DNA from: Thermoplasmatota archaeon
Lineage (GTDB): Archaea > Thermoplasmatota > E2 > DHVEG-1
Length of the DNA stretch: 64,000 nucleotides
Direction: 5' to 3'
Assembly: GCA_041650455.1 (NCBI GenBank)
Contig: JBAZLE010000001.1
Span: forward strand, 157-64,156
Shown in pieces: positions 1 through 9,152 of this stretch (positions are counted from its first letter, which is position 1; each line of letters begins with the position of its first letter). The notes under the pieces were generated by a model that did not search any database, was not told the origin of the DNA, and saw nothing but the letters and a program-made list of their open reading frames with translations. Made by a program: the position numbers and the translations under genes.

Positions 1-1273
1 TGAAAATCCTGATGTTTCCACGAGCGGAGAAGTTACGCGTCACTTTATTATACCAGATACTGGCAGACATCTGGTGAGTATTGATGCAACGACGGATTGC
101 GTTTGGAATTGAAAGATATCGACTCGCCGTTCGTGTGATACCTTGTAAGATTTCCCCTTGGGACATTTGCTTCGGTAGGTAGACGACGTGTCCCACATCA
201 TATTTAGACCAATCTTTAGTGAGGATACGTCCCTGGCCTTCGAATTCCTCATAGATATTCGTTCCAGGGTACGGTGTGAGGATGTTGAATTGTGCGCAAT
301 CAAGGTCCCATTGGCAGGCTGTCTGGTAGGTTTTGTCGAAGACCTCTGGCGTGTCAGTGTCAAAGCCAAACATGAACAAACCTGTGACCATCATCCCGTG
401 ATCTCTGACTTTTTTTATGGCAGTTGGATAGTCCTTGACCTTGTTTGTTCCTTTTTTCATACTGTCGATTGTTTCTTGTGAGAGGGATTCGATGCCGACG
501 AACCATCGGACGCATCCTGCATCGGCCGCGATTCGAAGGAGGTCATCGTCCTTGGCAAGCCTATTAATGTTCCCATAACATTCGAACTGTTTCCCAAGTG
601 GCTTCATTGCATTGAAAAAGTTCTTCGAGTAGGTCGGGTTAATCGTAAGGGAGGAGTCAATAAAATGGAGCAACTTGTTAGGGAGCGTGGTTATCTCATC
701 GACAACTGCATTAATCTTTCTGGGGCGGAAATGGACACCTTCGACGACGTGTTGGCAGCAGAACCAGCAGTGGGTTGGACATCCGCGGGTGGCTTGAATG
801 GAGGCAGGGCCATAGGCTCGCAGGCCGATGCGTCGTGGTGCTGGTATCTCATCACCGATGGGCAGGCGATCTCCTTGATAGTAGGGTTTCAGGGTACTTT
901 GCTGGAGGTCCTTGAGTAGTAGTCCCCAGACTAGTTCCGCTTCACCAATGACTACGGCATCTGCATGGATTTTTGCCTCTTCGGGTAGAGCGGAGGGATG
1001 CCATCCACCGAGGACGACAGGTACTCCTCTTGCACGGAAGGTGTCTGCGATGGTGTATCCACGGTTTGCTGTGCAGGTCATAAGGCTAAGACCGACGAGG
1101 TCGTAGGGGCGTGTGAAGTCGATAGTCTGGATTTTTTCGTTTAGGATGGTGACGTTGTGTTCAGGTGGGGTAAGGGCTGCGATTTGCTCTAAACTGAGGG
1201 AGCGAAACAAGCTGAATCGATAATGAAAGGTTTGTTTTGCTCCTTCATGGGGCTCGATGAGTAGAATGTTCAT
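1..1273 (-). CDS. B12-binding radical SAM protein (3' end runs off window)
   Basis: Not in ORF track. Hand translation from ATG 1273 gives MNILLIEP...VVLGGWHPSALPEEA...GEAE (B12-binding region), ATRGCPTHCWFC (CxxxCxxC) and LTPYPGT; no stop before base 1. Confidence 0.9.
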   Translation of the reverse strand, partial: MNILLIEPHEGAKQTFHYRFSLFRSLSLEQIAALTPPEHNVTILNEKIQTIDFTRPYDLVGLSLMTCTANRGYTIADTFRARGVPVVLGGWHPSALPEEAKIHADAVVIGEAELVWGLLLKDLQQSTLKPYYQGDRLPIGDEIPAPRRIGLRAYGPASIQATRGCPTHCWFCCQHVVEGVHFRPRKINAVVDEITTLPNKLLHFIDSSLTINPTYSKNFFNAMKPLGKQFECYGNINRLAKDDDLLRIAADAGCVRWFVGIESLSQETIDSMKKGTNKVKDYPTAIKKVRDHGMMVTGLFMFGFDTDTPEVFDKTYQTACQWDLDCAQFNILTPYPGTNIYEEFEGQGRILTKDWSKYDVGHVVYLPKQMSQGEILQGITRTASRYLSIPNAIRRCINTHQMSASIWYNKVTRNFSARGNIRIF

Positions 1274-1446
1274 ACTCTGCTCCACCATTGTTAGGTTGGG
1301 GTTAATTATTTTTTTTATGTAGGATAGTTTGAATGTGCAGTTTGTACCTAATGGATGATATATAGGAGGTCTGGTTCAAAAAGTTTTGTTAAATGAGTCT
1401 TTTCGAACAGAGTGTAACTTCTCAGACGTATGAGAAGGAAAAGTTA

Positions 1447-1564
1447 TGCAGGGGAAGGGATTTGAACCCTCGGACTCCTGCGAGACAGGATGTCTCATCA
1501 CACGAACCTTTCTTGTGTTTTGATCTTAAGTCCTGCGCCGTTGGCCATGCTTGGCTACCCCTGC
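1447..1564 (-). tRNA. tRNA-Leu(UAA) with 33-nt intron at 37/38 (intron 1492-1524)
   Basis: GCAGGGG/CCCCTGC acceptor stem, GGTTCAAATCC T-arm, long variable arm. Canonical BHB: CTTA pairs with TGAG, flanked by AGA and ACA bulges. Confidence 0.95.
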
Positions 1565-1584
1565 AGACACATCAAAGAAAGAAG

Positions 1585-1656
1585 TGCGGACGCCGGGATT
1601 CGAACCCGGGCAAGAGGCTTGGAGGGCCTCAATCATAACCACTAGATCACATCCGC
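1585..1656 (-). tRNA. tRNA-Gly(UCC)
   Basis: GCGGATG/CGTCCGC acceptor stem, GAGGC-CCTCCAA-GCCTC anticodon arm, GGTTCGAATCC T-arm; tandem upstream of tRNA-Leu. Confidence 0.92.
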
Positions 1657-1830
1657 ATTCTCTTACTGATTCTCTTCCTTTGTCCGTTGGTGTGTGGTAG
1701 ACATAAACTTACTATTCATAATCTTTTTTATCAAACATCCTTCTGTTGAGAAAACCAAAACACAAATAGATATGCAAAGGAGAAGATTTAAATCAGAAGA
1801 GAAGATATCTGTTGCAATAGGAGGTGTAGT

Positions 1831-2016
1831 ATGGCATACAACTACGAAGGATGGACGTTATACACTCGAAACGTAACCCTGAAGGGTGGACGAAAACAAA
1901 CGATCTATTACTTCAGCAAACGGTCACCAAAAAGCGGGACCGCCTGCGAGTTACCAACAGGCTATACTGTTGGCGTGAATAAGAGAACCAGTCTACCGTA
2001 CTTGAAAAAGAAGTAA
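1831..2016 (+). CDS. Small basic Cc1-like chromatin/nucleic-acid-binding protein
   Basis: GGAGGTG SD; 61 aa with VTLKGGRKQTIYYFSK...LPTGYTVGVNKRTSLPYLKKK resembling the Cc1 family; U-rich tract follows. Confidence 0.7.
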   Translation: MAYNYEGWTLYTRNVTLKGGRKQTIYYFSKRSPKSGTACELPTGYTVGVNKRTSLPYLKKK

Positions 2017-2088
2017 TATCCTTGGTTCTTCTTCTTTCTTTTTTTCATCAGAGAAACATTTATAAGTACTATCAATGTTCAATGACCA

Positions 2089-2289
2089 GTGAGTAGTATG
2101 GATGACGATATTATTGATCCTGAAGACGTCAGTTGTATGAATCTGAAGGAAAAAAAAGTCATCAGTTCCAATGAGGAACTCATGTTATTCATGCACCGTT
2201 TTAATCTTGATTGGGAGACGGTTGAAGCCATGCCTGCGTTTGAAGAGCACTGTAAAGAGTTATTCCGTCGAGAAAAACACGATAAATAA
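2089..2289 (+). CDS. Small hypothetical protein
   Basis: 66-aa acidic ORF with upstream TTTATAAG TATA-like box. Confidence 0.55.
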   Translation: MSSMDDDIIDPEDVSCMNLKEKKVISSNEELMLFMHRFNLDWETVEAMPAFEEHCKELFRREKHDK

Positions 2290-2375
2290 TGCTATGGTTA
2301 TTGGTTTTTTTCTATTTGTATCTTTTGACGAAATACATATAAAACAGAGGTCGATGTTGCTGCTGAGGTAAGTTC

Positions 2376-3599
2376 ATGGTAAAGTTCGATCATTTATTCT
2401 CAGATAGAGCAGGAAAGATGCGAAAATCTGAAATCCGTGAATTACTGAAAGTCACGCAGGATCCTGAGATTATTTCCTTCGCAGGTGGCTTACCAAATCC
2501 GCAATCATTTCCCATTCAAGATTTGAAGCTCATGGTTCAAACTGTGTTAAACAATCAGGGGAAAGTCGCCCTTCAGTACGGGGCGACACAAGGCGTCATG
2601 GAGCTTCGCGAGGCCATCGCGGAACGCTCGCATAAAGAAGGGATGACGTCAGGAGTCTCTGCGGAGAACATCATGATTACCAGTGGGTCCCAGCAAGCAC
2701 TTGATGCTGTTGGAAAAGTGTTTCTCAATCCTGGGGATGTCGCCTTGGTTGGCCTCCCATCCTATCTTGGTGGAATCAATGCGTTCCGCAGCTACGAAGC
2801 GAACCTCATCGGAGTCCCGTTAGATAAAGAGGGGATACAAATAGACCTCCTTGAAGAAAAAATACAGGAGCTCCTCAAACAGGACATGCCCGTGAAGTTC
2901 ATCTATGCCATTCCAACCTTTCAAAATCCCGCAGGCACGGTCATGCCGGAGTCTCGACGCAAACAACTTATCGACATCGCTCATGAATACAACCTTATCA
3001 TCATCGAGGATGACCCCTATAGCAAACTTCGGTACGATATAGGACCTGTAAAACCAATTAAAGCATTTGACGATGAAGGCAGAGTTATTTACCTCTCCAC
3101 GTTTTCAAAGATCCTTGCCCCAGGCTTCCGAATCGCCTGGGTTATCGCGGCTGACGAGATCATGCGGAAACTTGCTTTGTGCAAACAAGCACAGGATCTC
3201 TGCACCGCACCATTCTCCCAATACATCGCCCATGAGTTTATGAAAAGCGGCTCCTTAGACCTCCATATCATGAAAATCTGCGAAATGTACAAACCAAAAC
3301 GAGACATCATGATGGATTGTATGAAGAAATATTTCCCTGAAGGATACATCTGCAACAAGCCATATGGTGGGATGTTCGCCTGGGTGACTCTCCCCAAGCA
3401 GATCGACACCGAAGCGATGTTCCTTGACGCGTTCAAAGAAAAAGTCGCTTACGTCCATGGGAAAGCATTCTGCGTTGATGGAGGCGGAGGAAGCTCGATG
3501 CGACTGAACTTTTCCTATTCCACCAACGAACAGCTTGATACGGGGATGAAACGGCTGGGGACCGTCATTGAACGGAACATGAAGGTACTATGCCGGTAG
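2376..3599 (+). CDS. PLP-dependent class I/II aminotransferase (LysN/ARO8-like)
   Basis: IISFAGGLP, TFQNPAG, IIEDDPY, STFSKILAPGFRIAW motifs. Confidence 0.93.
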   Translation: MVKFDHLFSDRAGKMRKSEIRELLKVTQDPEIISFAGGLPNPQSFPIQDLKLMVQTVLNNQGKVALQYGATQGVMELREAIAERSHKEGMTSGVSAENIMITSGSQQALDAVGKVFLNPGDVALVGLPSYLGGINAFRSYEANLIGVPLDKEGIQIDLLEEKIQELLKQDMPVKFIYAIPTFQNPAGTVMPESRRKQLIDIAHEYNLIIIEDDPYSKLRYDIGPVKPIKAFDDEGRVIYLSTFSKILAPGFRIAWVIAADEIMRKLALCKQAQDLCTAPFSQYIAHEFMKSGSLDLHIMKICEMYKPKRDIMMDCMKKYFPEGYICNKPYGGMFAWVTLPKQIDTEAMFLDAFKEKVAYVHGKAFCVDGGGGSSMRLNFSYSTNEQLDTGMKRLGTVIERNMKVLCR

Positions 3600-5152
3600 G
3601 AAGAACACTCCTGATCACCAGCATTCTCCTCCTCAGCCTCTTCTCAGGATGTACGTTTCTTCACCAGACACACTTCACGCTGCTTTCTCTGGTTGTTGAC
3701 GATGACCAAGGATTTCCTCGGATGGTAGTGCAGTTCAACACCTCTGATACTTCGCATCTTCTCCTTACCGATCCAGCACATACTGTCCTTTTCTCAGGAA
3801 CCTATTATGCAGGAATTCATAATGAAAGCATGTATTTTTCTGGGTATCGCACGACGATTCCAGCGGGAATGTACCAGTTAACCGCGAAGGACTCATCACA
3901 ACACACGATTTTTGAAGAGGAGGTATCGTTCAATGGTGCGAATCTCTCGGTTACCTCGCTTTCTATTGACGGATGGAATGGCATCGCAGGTTCTCCAAGT
4001 ATCGCCTTCCACCTTAGCCTTACGAACACTGGTGATCTCCCCGCATATCCTTCTCGGTTGACGATCCTACAAGGATCCTTAGCCGAAGAGGTGTTGCTCC
4101 TTCCCGAGGTGATCCTTCCATCCACCACACAGTCTCTCACCTGTTTTGCCCCGCTCCTTGCTCCAACTGCTGAGGATACCCCACTGACGATATCTTTGTT
4201 TGACAGTACTGGAATGATTCTATCGCAAACGAATTTTTCCTTGGTGAAAAAAACTCCGGTCGGCTCTTGGGAGTACACCTGGTATTATTTCGGCTCCCAT
4301 ACGTTGAAAATTCCCCAAGTCGATTGGTTCCCTGATTATTACCGAGGCTTGGAACGATTTGATTTTGTTGATTACGCTGCCTATGTGTTTGATCCCTATG
4401 ATGATTCCTATCTCGAATTCCTCGTCGATCGCATCCTATTGCTCAAGGAAGTAAGATCAGATGTGGAGAAAATAAATTTTGTCGCCTCCTTTGTTCAAAG
4501 TATCGAATATAAAAACGATGATCCGGAGAACGACTCCTACGAGTATCCACGGTATCCGTTAGAAACCCTCCACGATAAACAAGGGGACTGTGAGGATAAA
4601 GCCATCCTGACCGCCGCCCTGCTGCAGAGCCTCGGGTATAATGTGTCACTCCTCCGACTTCCCCACCATATGGCGGTCGGGGTCCATCTCAATCAGACAA
4701 TACCACCGTATTCCTATTATGTTGATCAATATTATTTTTTAGAAACAACCACCCTGCATATGACCGTTGGAAAAATCCCCCTGGAATATGAAGGTCTGAC
4801 CAACATCAGCGTCTATCCACTCACCCCACGACCACTTCTTGTGCATCGCTGGAAGGACGCGACACGCTATAAAGTGAGCACTGGAGCAGATTATGTGACG
4901 GTGCGGATGATAGTTGAAAACTTTGGCACTGAGCCGACCAGCAGCATCGAGATCCGCGGTGCATTTTATGACAATTCAAACCAGATTTATCATCAACAGA
5001 CAACGATTGTTTCCTCCCTTTCTGCCGGTGAGAAACGGGTAGTGGAGCTCTCCGTTGATGTTCCCGTGGAAATCTCCACGACTCTGAAAACCCAATTGTT
5101 CATCGATGCTATCATGGTTCATCAACGAGAATCAACCTCGCAGTTCCCCTGA
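3590..5152 (+). CDS. Secreted/lipoprotein transglutaminase-like cysteine protease
   Basis: Lipobox-like LFSGC; YPRYPLETL..QGDCEDKA, HMAVGV, FLETT triad motifs. Confidence 0.75.
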   Translation: MPVGRTLLITSILLLSLFSGCTFLHQTHFTLLSLVVDDDQGFPRMVVQFNTSDTSHLLLTDPAHTVLFSGTYYAGIHNESMYFSGYRTTIPAGMYQLTAKDSSQHTIFEEEVSFNGANLSVTSLSIDGWNGIAGSPSIAFHLSLTNTGDLPAYPSRLTILQGSLAEEVLLLPEVILPSTTQSLTCFAPLLAPTAEDTPLTISLFDSTGMILSQTNFSLVKKTPVGSWEYTWYYFGSHTLKIPQVDWFPDYYRGLERFDFVDYAAYVFDPYDDSYLEFLVDRILLLKEVRSDVEKINFVASFVQSIEYKNDDPENDSYEYPRYPLETLHDKQGDCEDKAILTAALLQSLGYNVSLLRLPHHMAVGVHLNQTIPPYSYYVDQYYFLETTTLHMTVGKIPLEYEGLTNISVYPLTPRPLLVHRWKDATRYKVSTGADYVTVRMIVENFGTEPTSSIEIRGAFYDNSNQIYHQQTTIVSSLSAGEKRVVELSVDVPVEISTTLKTQLFIDAIMVHQRESTSQFP

Positions 5153-5220
5153 AGAATCCTTCCTCTCTTCATACAAAGGCAACCTTTTCTGGAAGCCGGT
5201 AATGAATTAGATCGGACGGG

Positions 5221-5234
5221 GACAAAGTTTATAA
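5221..5234 (+). promoter_or_regulatory. BRE/TATA promoter of RNase P RNA
   Basis: GACAAAG-TTTATAA ending about 26 nt before the P1 helix start. Confidence 0.6.
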
Positions 5235-5259
5235 CCCTAAGAACGTACATGCTTTTTTT

Positions 5260-5564
5260 GCTGGGCGTAGGTGGACGGTTGACGGTGACCTTTCCGGTTG
5301 CTGAGGAAAGTCCTCTCTCACTCTGAATCAGGATCCTGCGCAAGCAGGTAAGGCGAGAGTCTTAGCAGAGGAACAGAAACGACACAGCCCTTGGATTATG
5401 CGATGATTCACCTGGTGATGAGGTCTCCTTGGGATTTGGTGAAACGGCCAATCTGCTCCTGGAGCAAGCCCAAACATCGGGATCAGTTATTCAGACTGCT
5501 CGTAGGTAGGGCGCATCAGACAAATACCGTTAAAACAGAAAGAGGCTTACGGCCTACACCCAGC
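5260..5564 (+). ncRNA. rnpB: Archaeal RNase P RNA
   Basis: GAGGAAAGTCCTCT (P4 5' strand) pairs with AGAGGCTT in AAAACAGAAAGAGGCTTA; ACAGAAA, GTGAAAC and GGAGCAAG conserved regions; P1 GCTGGGCGTAGG/CCTACACCCAGC. Confidence 0.95.
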
Positions 5565-5566
5565 AC
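5538..5566 (+). repeat. att-like repeat copy 1 (3' end of rnpB)
   Basis: GAAAGAGGCTTACGGCCTACACCCAGCAC. Confidence 0.95.
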
Positions 5567-5717
5567 TTATGTTCGAATAGAAATGGATTTCTGGATTTGA
5601 GTCGTAATAATTCTATTGCATCCAAAAACGTTCGGTAAAAGATTGGTTCTGGGCTATTCCTCAGATATCATTTCGACAAGTTCAGAGATATTCTTGCTTC
5701 AATTCTAAATCTTACGG

Positions 5718-6572
5718 CTACCATGGTGGTTGAAAAACATCTACTTTTACAAGGACAGCTGCTCCTAAAAAAAATGATCCTAATTTAATTCCAGTAAAAC
5801 CAAACGCCCCTGTATAACATTTCCAGTAAAATGCCATTACAGGAAATTCAATATGACCCCATAATGAACCGTTGATTGTGTCTATTCCATTTACACCTAC
5901 AGTATATATCCAACCAGTTGACGGATAAGCACCATAACCAGGATAATTATAAAATTCATCACCAAAAGTTAAAAGACTCAAAAAATTTAGCATAGACGCA
6001 GGCGTAAAATTTTTCATTATCCAAAGAAAAAAGGTTCCCATATATAGGAGAAAAAATTCAATTCTCGAAGTGAAGAACTTCTCGAATATAATCCTGAAAG
6101 CTGAAATTACGGTCTTAGCAACCCGACAATCTTCTGCTTCTCCAGTAATCAAACAAAAAAAATTATGACAAACAGAAATCTCCGAGTTATGTATTTTATT
6201 TACAATGTTTGTTGATTTTCCATTACCAACTACTAATCTCTGTGCCCGCTCAACACTCATACCCCTCGGCAACAACCCATACTTGTCCAACTCCACCACA
6301 GCATCCTTGAACAACGGGACTGCTTCCTCCCGTGTTGATGTCTGGTTCAATCTGGCTCTGAACTCCACCAGATACTGCTCCAGGTTCTGGTATTGTTCTC
6401 TGGTGAGTTTCACCGTGGTATCCCCGTATCCTTTGATGCCGCAGGGTTGTGTGGTGACTTCCACCAGGTCATCATCAGTGGATGCTTTCGCAGTGTTGAA
6501 GTTGATAGCTGGTGCTATGGTCACACCAACGAACAAGAGAATGATTCCAATCGCCAAACATTTCCGTTTCAT
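5718..6572 (-). CDS. Secreted hypothetical protein, conserved N-terminus with variable C-terminus (leader type B)
   Basis: Likely start MKRKCLAIGIILLFVG at 6572 (ATGA overlap with upstream stop); paralog of 8072-8938 (GLLPxGMSxxRAQRLV, GWxxTxGxNG, terminal PPW). Confidence 0.8.
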   Translation of the reverse strand: MKRKCLAIGIILLFVGVTIAPAINFNTAKASTDDDLVEVTTQPCGIKGYGDTTVKLTREQYQNLEQYLVEFRARLNQTSTREEAVPLFKDAVVELDKYGLLPRGMSVERAQRLVVGNGKSTNIVNKIHNSEISVCHNFFCLITGEAEDCRVAKTVISAFRIIFEKFFTSRIEFFLLYMGTFFLWIMKNFTPASMLNFLSLLTFGDEFYNYPGYGAYPSTGWIYTVGVNGIDTINGSLWGHIEFPVMAFYWKCYTGAFGFTGIKLGSFFLGAAVLVKVDVFQPPW

Positions 6573-7284
6573 TGATTTATCTCCATATCCTTGATGTTCA
6601 ATCCGATTGATGGATATATCGGCCAGCATCCCAAAACAACTAAAAGAATAAAAAAAAGATAAGCAATAGTAGAAAACAGTATGTACCAAGGTGTTATCAA
6701 TAGTAATAATAATGGAAGTTGTAAAACAAACAAATACAACTCCTCTAGAATCATAGCAGGAATGCCAAACAAAAAAAACATTAAAAATAAACTTCCACAC
6801 AGAATAGGATAAGGAAACTCTGTATTTTCATTTTCACAATCACACTCAGAATCTTTCAACTGAGTTATTTCTGCATTGAGTATTGTATTCTTTTCAATAA
6901 CTGTTGATATCTCCTTCAGCATCCCCTGATTATCGATTTGATACTTACCAAGGATAGATTGCATTCTTGATGTGCTGATAAACCTTGAAAGCATCAATCC
7001 AAGAAGATACATCTGTCTAAGCTGATTCTTCATTAACACAGGAATCTCCGATGGTGGGAATATCCCTCTGCTTATCTGGGATTTAAGAATAATTCTCTGA
7101 ATATCCTTATTATTTGCAATATCAACGATGGTCTGGAATAACAACTCTCTCTGGTTGATTCTCTCTTTGATAGTGCTCTGTTGTGAGGTCTGGACTGTTT
7201 GGTATCCCACCACAGTGCTCAACGAACCCATCACAGAAGAACCACAGCACAGAGACTTACACCAATTAATGGACGTTTATCCAT
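6569..7284 (-). pseudogene. Frameshifted secreted/membrane protein (leader type A)
   Basis: ATG 7284 gives MDKRPLIGVSLCAVVLL*. One base is missing versus the paralog (GTT CTT CTT GTG). The frame continues as MGSLSTVVGYQT... to a hydrophobic C-terminus. Could be a sequencing error. Confidence 0.7.
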
Positions 7285-7492
7285 GTCTTTCCTAGCCCTT
7301 TACCGCATTTTATAACACTGTTATCCTATATAAAGAATATTCCATCCCTGATAGGTAACAACATTTGCTCTTACCAGCCAAAGTAATTCTTTATTATAAA
7401 TCCGATGAGAAGACCGATGAAAAAACCAAAGATCGCCCCCCATATCATACTTTTTCATTCCTCCTTATGATATGATATTTCATGTCATATAT

Positions 7493-7564
7493 TTAAATGT
7501 TATTCATAACACAGGTTCCAACGAACAAGAGAATGATTCCAACCGCCAACCGTTTCCTTTTCAT
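7493..7564 (-). pseudogene. Orphan type-B signal-peptide fragment (23 aa)
   Basis: MKRKRLAVGIILLFVGTCVMNNI*; 44/48 nt identical to 6526-6573. Confidence 0.7.
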
Positions 7565-7580
7565 TTGAATATTCCTTCTG

Positions 7581-8063
7581 TTATGCTCTGTTTATTATTG
7601 GAGAGCAGATTATGAATATTTTATGCCTGTATACTAATTCATTATCATAATCAACACTTACTGATAAAGGAAATATACCAATATGACCTGGCGTCATGAG
7701 TGTTGGATTGCAATGAAAGTTTGTTGCATGGGATTTGTCTGGTTCTAATATTAAATTGAATTCCCATGTATAATATTCATTTGACACTCGAGGAGTAGGA
7801 AATTGAGATAATGTAATAATCACATCTAAGTCATTGATGGTATTTATTCCATTATTTGTGATATGAATAGTTGCATTGAAATCAGAGTTTTCTATGTATA
7901 TTCTTGGGAATCTTTGTTTGTATGTAATTATGTCTATTGTAATGTTAGATGTAGCTTCTGGTGTTGGTATAGTCTGATACCCAACGACATTACTCAATGA
8001 ACCTAGCACAAGAAGAACCACAGTACAGAAACAGACTCCAATTATGAGATACTTCTTTTTCAT
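7581..8063 (-). CDS. Secreted hypothetical protein, beta-rich possibly CARDB/Ig-like (leader type A)
   Basis: MKKKYLIIGVCFCTVVLLVLGSLSNVVGYQT leader; ATIHITNNG motif. Confidence 0.7.
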   Translation of the reverse strand: MKKKYLIIGVCFCTVVLLVLGSLSNVVGYQTIPTPEATSNITIDIITYKQRFPRIYIENSDFNATIHITNNGINTINDLDVIITLSQFPTPRVSNEYYTWEFNLILEPDKSHATNFHCNPTLMTPGHIGIFPLSVSVDYDNELVYRHKIFIICSPIINRA

Positions 8064-8071
8064 GGCATTTC

Positions 8072-8938
8072 CTAGGTCCATGGAGGACTGTATGTAAAGT
8101 TGACTTCTCTAGCAAATCCTATATAGAAACGATTTGAATCATAATCCATTGATGAGAGAAAACAAAAAGGTTGAACGCCAACGAAACCTTTGATTCCTAC
8201 AGGATCCCAAGCATCAGTGTAACTATAATTATTATACACATATTTTCTATACCTTGTAAAAAGACCCCCGTAGAATGTTCCATTCCACTTTTGTACTCCG
8301 TTCATTCCAATCGTCCAAACCCATCCTGAAGAGGAAAAGTTCCACTCTTTAGTGACATTTCCATTCTCATAGGCTATAGCTCGACTTCCAGCAAACGCAA
8401 AGGGGCCAAACTTCAAGGGGCTGAAATAACGTATTGCATAAAACCATAGAAGAAAATTTAATTCTTCTTGAAGACTACTGTTGGTTAAAAGATAATAGAT
8501 AATCGGGATATCTAATATAGTAGGAAACGGCCTAAAAATAAAGTGATTCGTCATCCCAACAACAAGACAATTAGTATTCCCCATATCGTTCCCATCACTC
8601 TCTTGAGATGGATGTAAATATTCATTTTTTAAAAAACCCATAGTAACCAATCGTTGTGCCCGCTGGATGCTCATACCCTTTGGTAACAATCCTTGTTCGT
8701 GTAATGTTACGATTGCTTCGTTGATACAAACAAGAGCTTTCTGTTTCGTTGTGACTTTTTCTAATTTTACTTTTAAATCATTGAATATGTTCTCTACATT
8801 ACTATACTGAATATTTGTATTTATCCTAGGGTGTGATGTTTGTTTCCAACTTGTTGTTGAAGAAATAGGAAAAACCGCGGTAAGTATCACCAGCATACAA
8901 ATAAGGATACAAAATAGTCCTTTCTTGATAATTTTCAT
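8072..8938 (-). CDS. Secreted hypothetical protein, paralog of 5718-6572
   Basis: GGAGG SD before MKIIKKGLFCILIC; shares GLLPKGMSIQRAQRLV, GWVWTIGMNG, PPW. Confidence 0.8.
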   Translation of the reverse strand: MKIIKKGLFCILICMLVILTAVFPISSTTSWKQTSHPRINTNIQYSNVENIFNDLKVKLEKVTTKQKALVCINEAIVTLHEQGLLPKGMSIQRAQRLVTMGFLKNEYLHPSQESDGNDMGNTNCLVVGMTNHFIFRPFPTILDIPIIYYLLTNSSLQEELNFLLWFYAIRYFSPLKFGPFAFAGSRAIAYENGNVTKEWNFSSSGWVWTIGMNGVQKWNGTFYGGLFTRYRKYVYNNYSYTDAWDPVGIKGFVGVQPFCFLSSMDYDSNRFYIGFAREVNFTYSPPWT

Positions 8939-9115
8939 TCCTCCGTACCATTTTAATAACAGTCTTCTCATATATATAATATATTCTTTAGTAGGAAAAC
9001 AGTGATATTGTTTTATAGAGACATTTAAAGAAAAAAAAGAATGGGATTTCTCCCATAAAATCTCGCTAACGTATTCTGTTCTGAGATGTGCCATATTTTT
9101 GTGTCTCTCGGAGGC

Positions 9116-9144
9116 GAAAGAGGCTTACGGCCTACACCCAGCAC
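9116..9144 (+). repeat. att-like repeat copy 2 (perfect)
   Basis: 29/29 identical to 5538-5566. Confidence 0.95.
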
Positions 9145-9152
9145 CTAATAAA

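Noticed and set aside
40..1106. Short ORFs listed in the track at 40-1106, and antisense ORFs elsewhere such as 13260-14024 and 50275-51009
   Set aside because: Shadow frames of well-supported genes, with no recognisable motifs.
2100..2147. Box C/D sRNA (ATGACGA...CTGA...CTGA)
   Set aside because: No plausible C' box, spacing too tight, and it lies within a plausible ORF.
5391..5600. ORFs 5391..5600, 5122..5343 and 1393..1638
   Set aside because: They overlap RNase P RNA or the tRNA genes.
6573..6800. N-terminal extension of ORF 5718..6800 (likewise 8939-9094 and 9651-9680)
   Set aside because: These overlap an upstream gene or promoter; signal peptides and SD sites point to the downstream ATGs.
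7231..7233. Selenocysteine or readthrough at the TGA
   Set aside because: The continuation is in another frame; a 1-nt deletion versus the paralog explains it.
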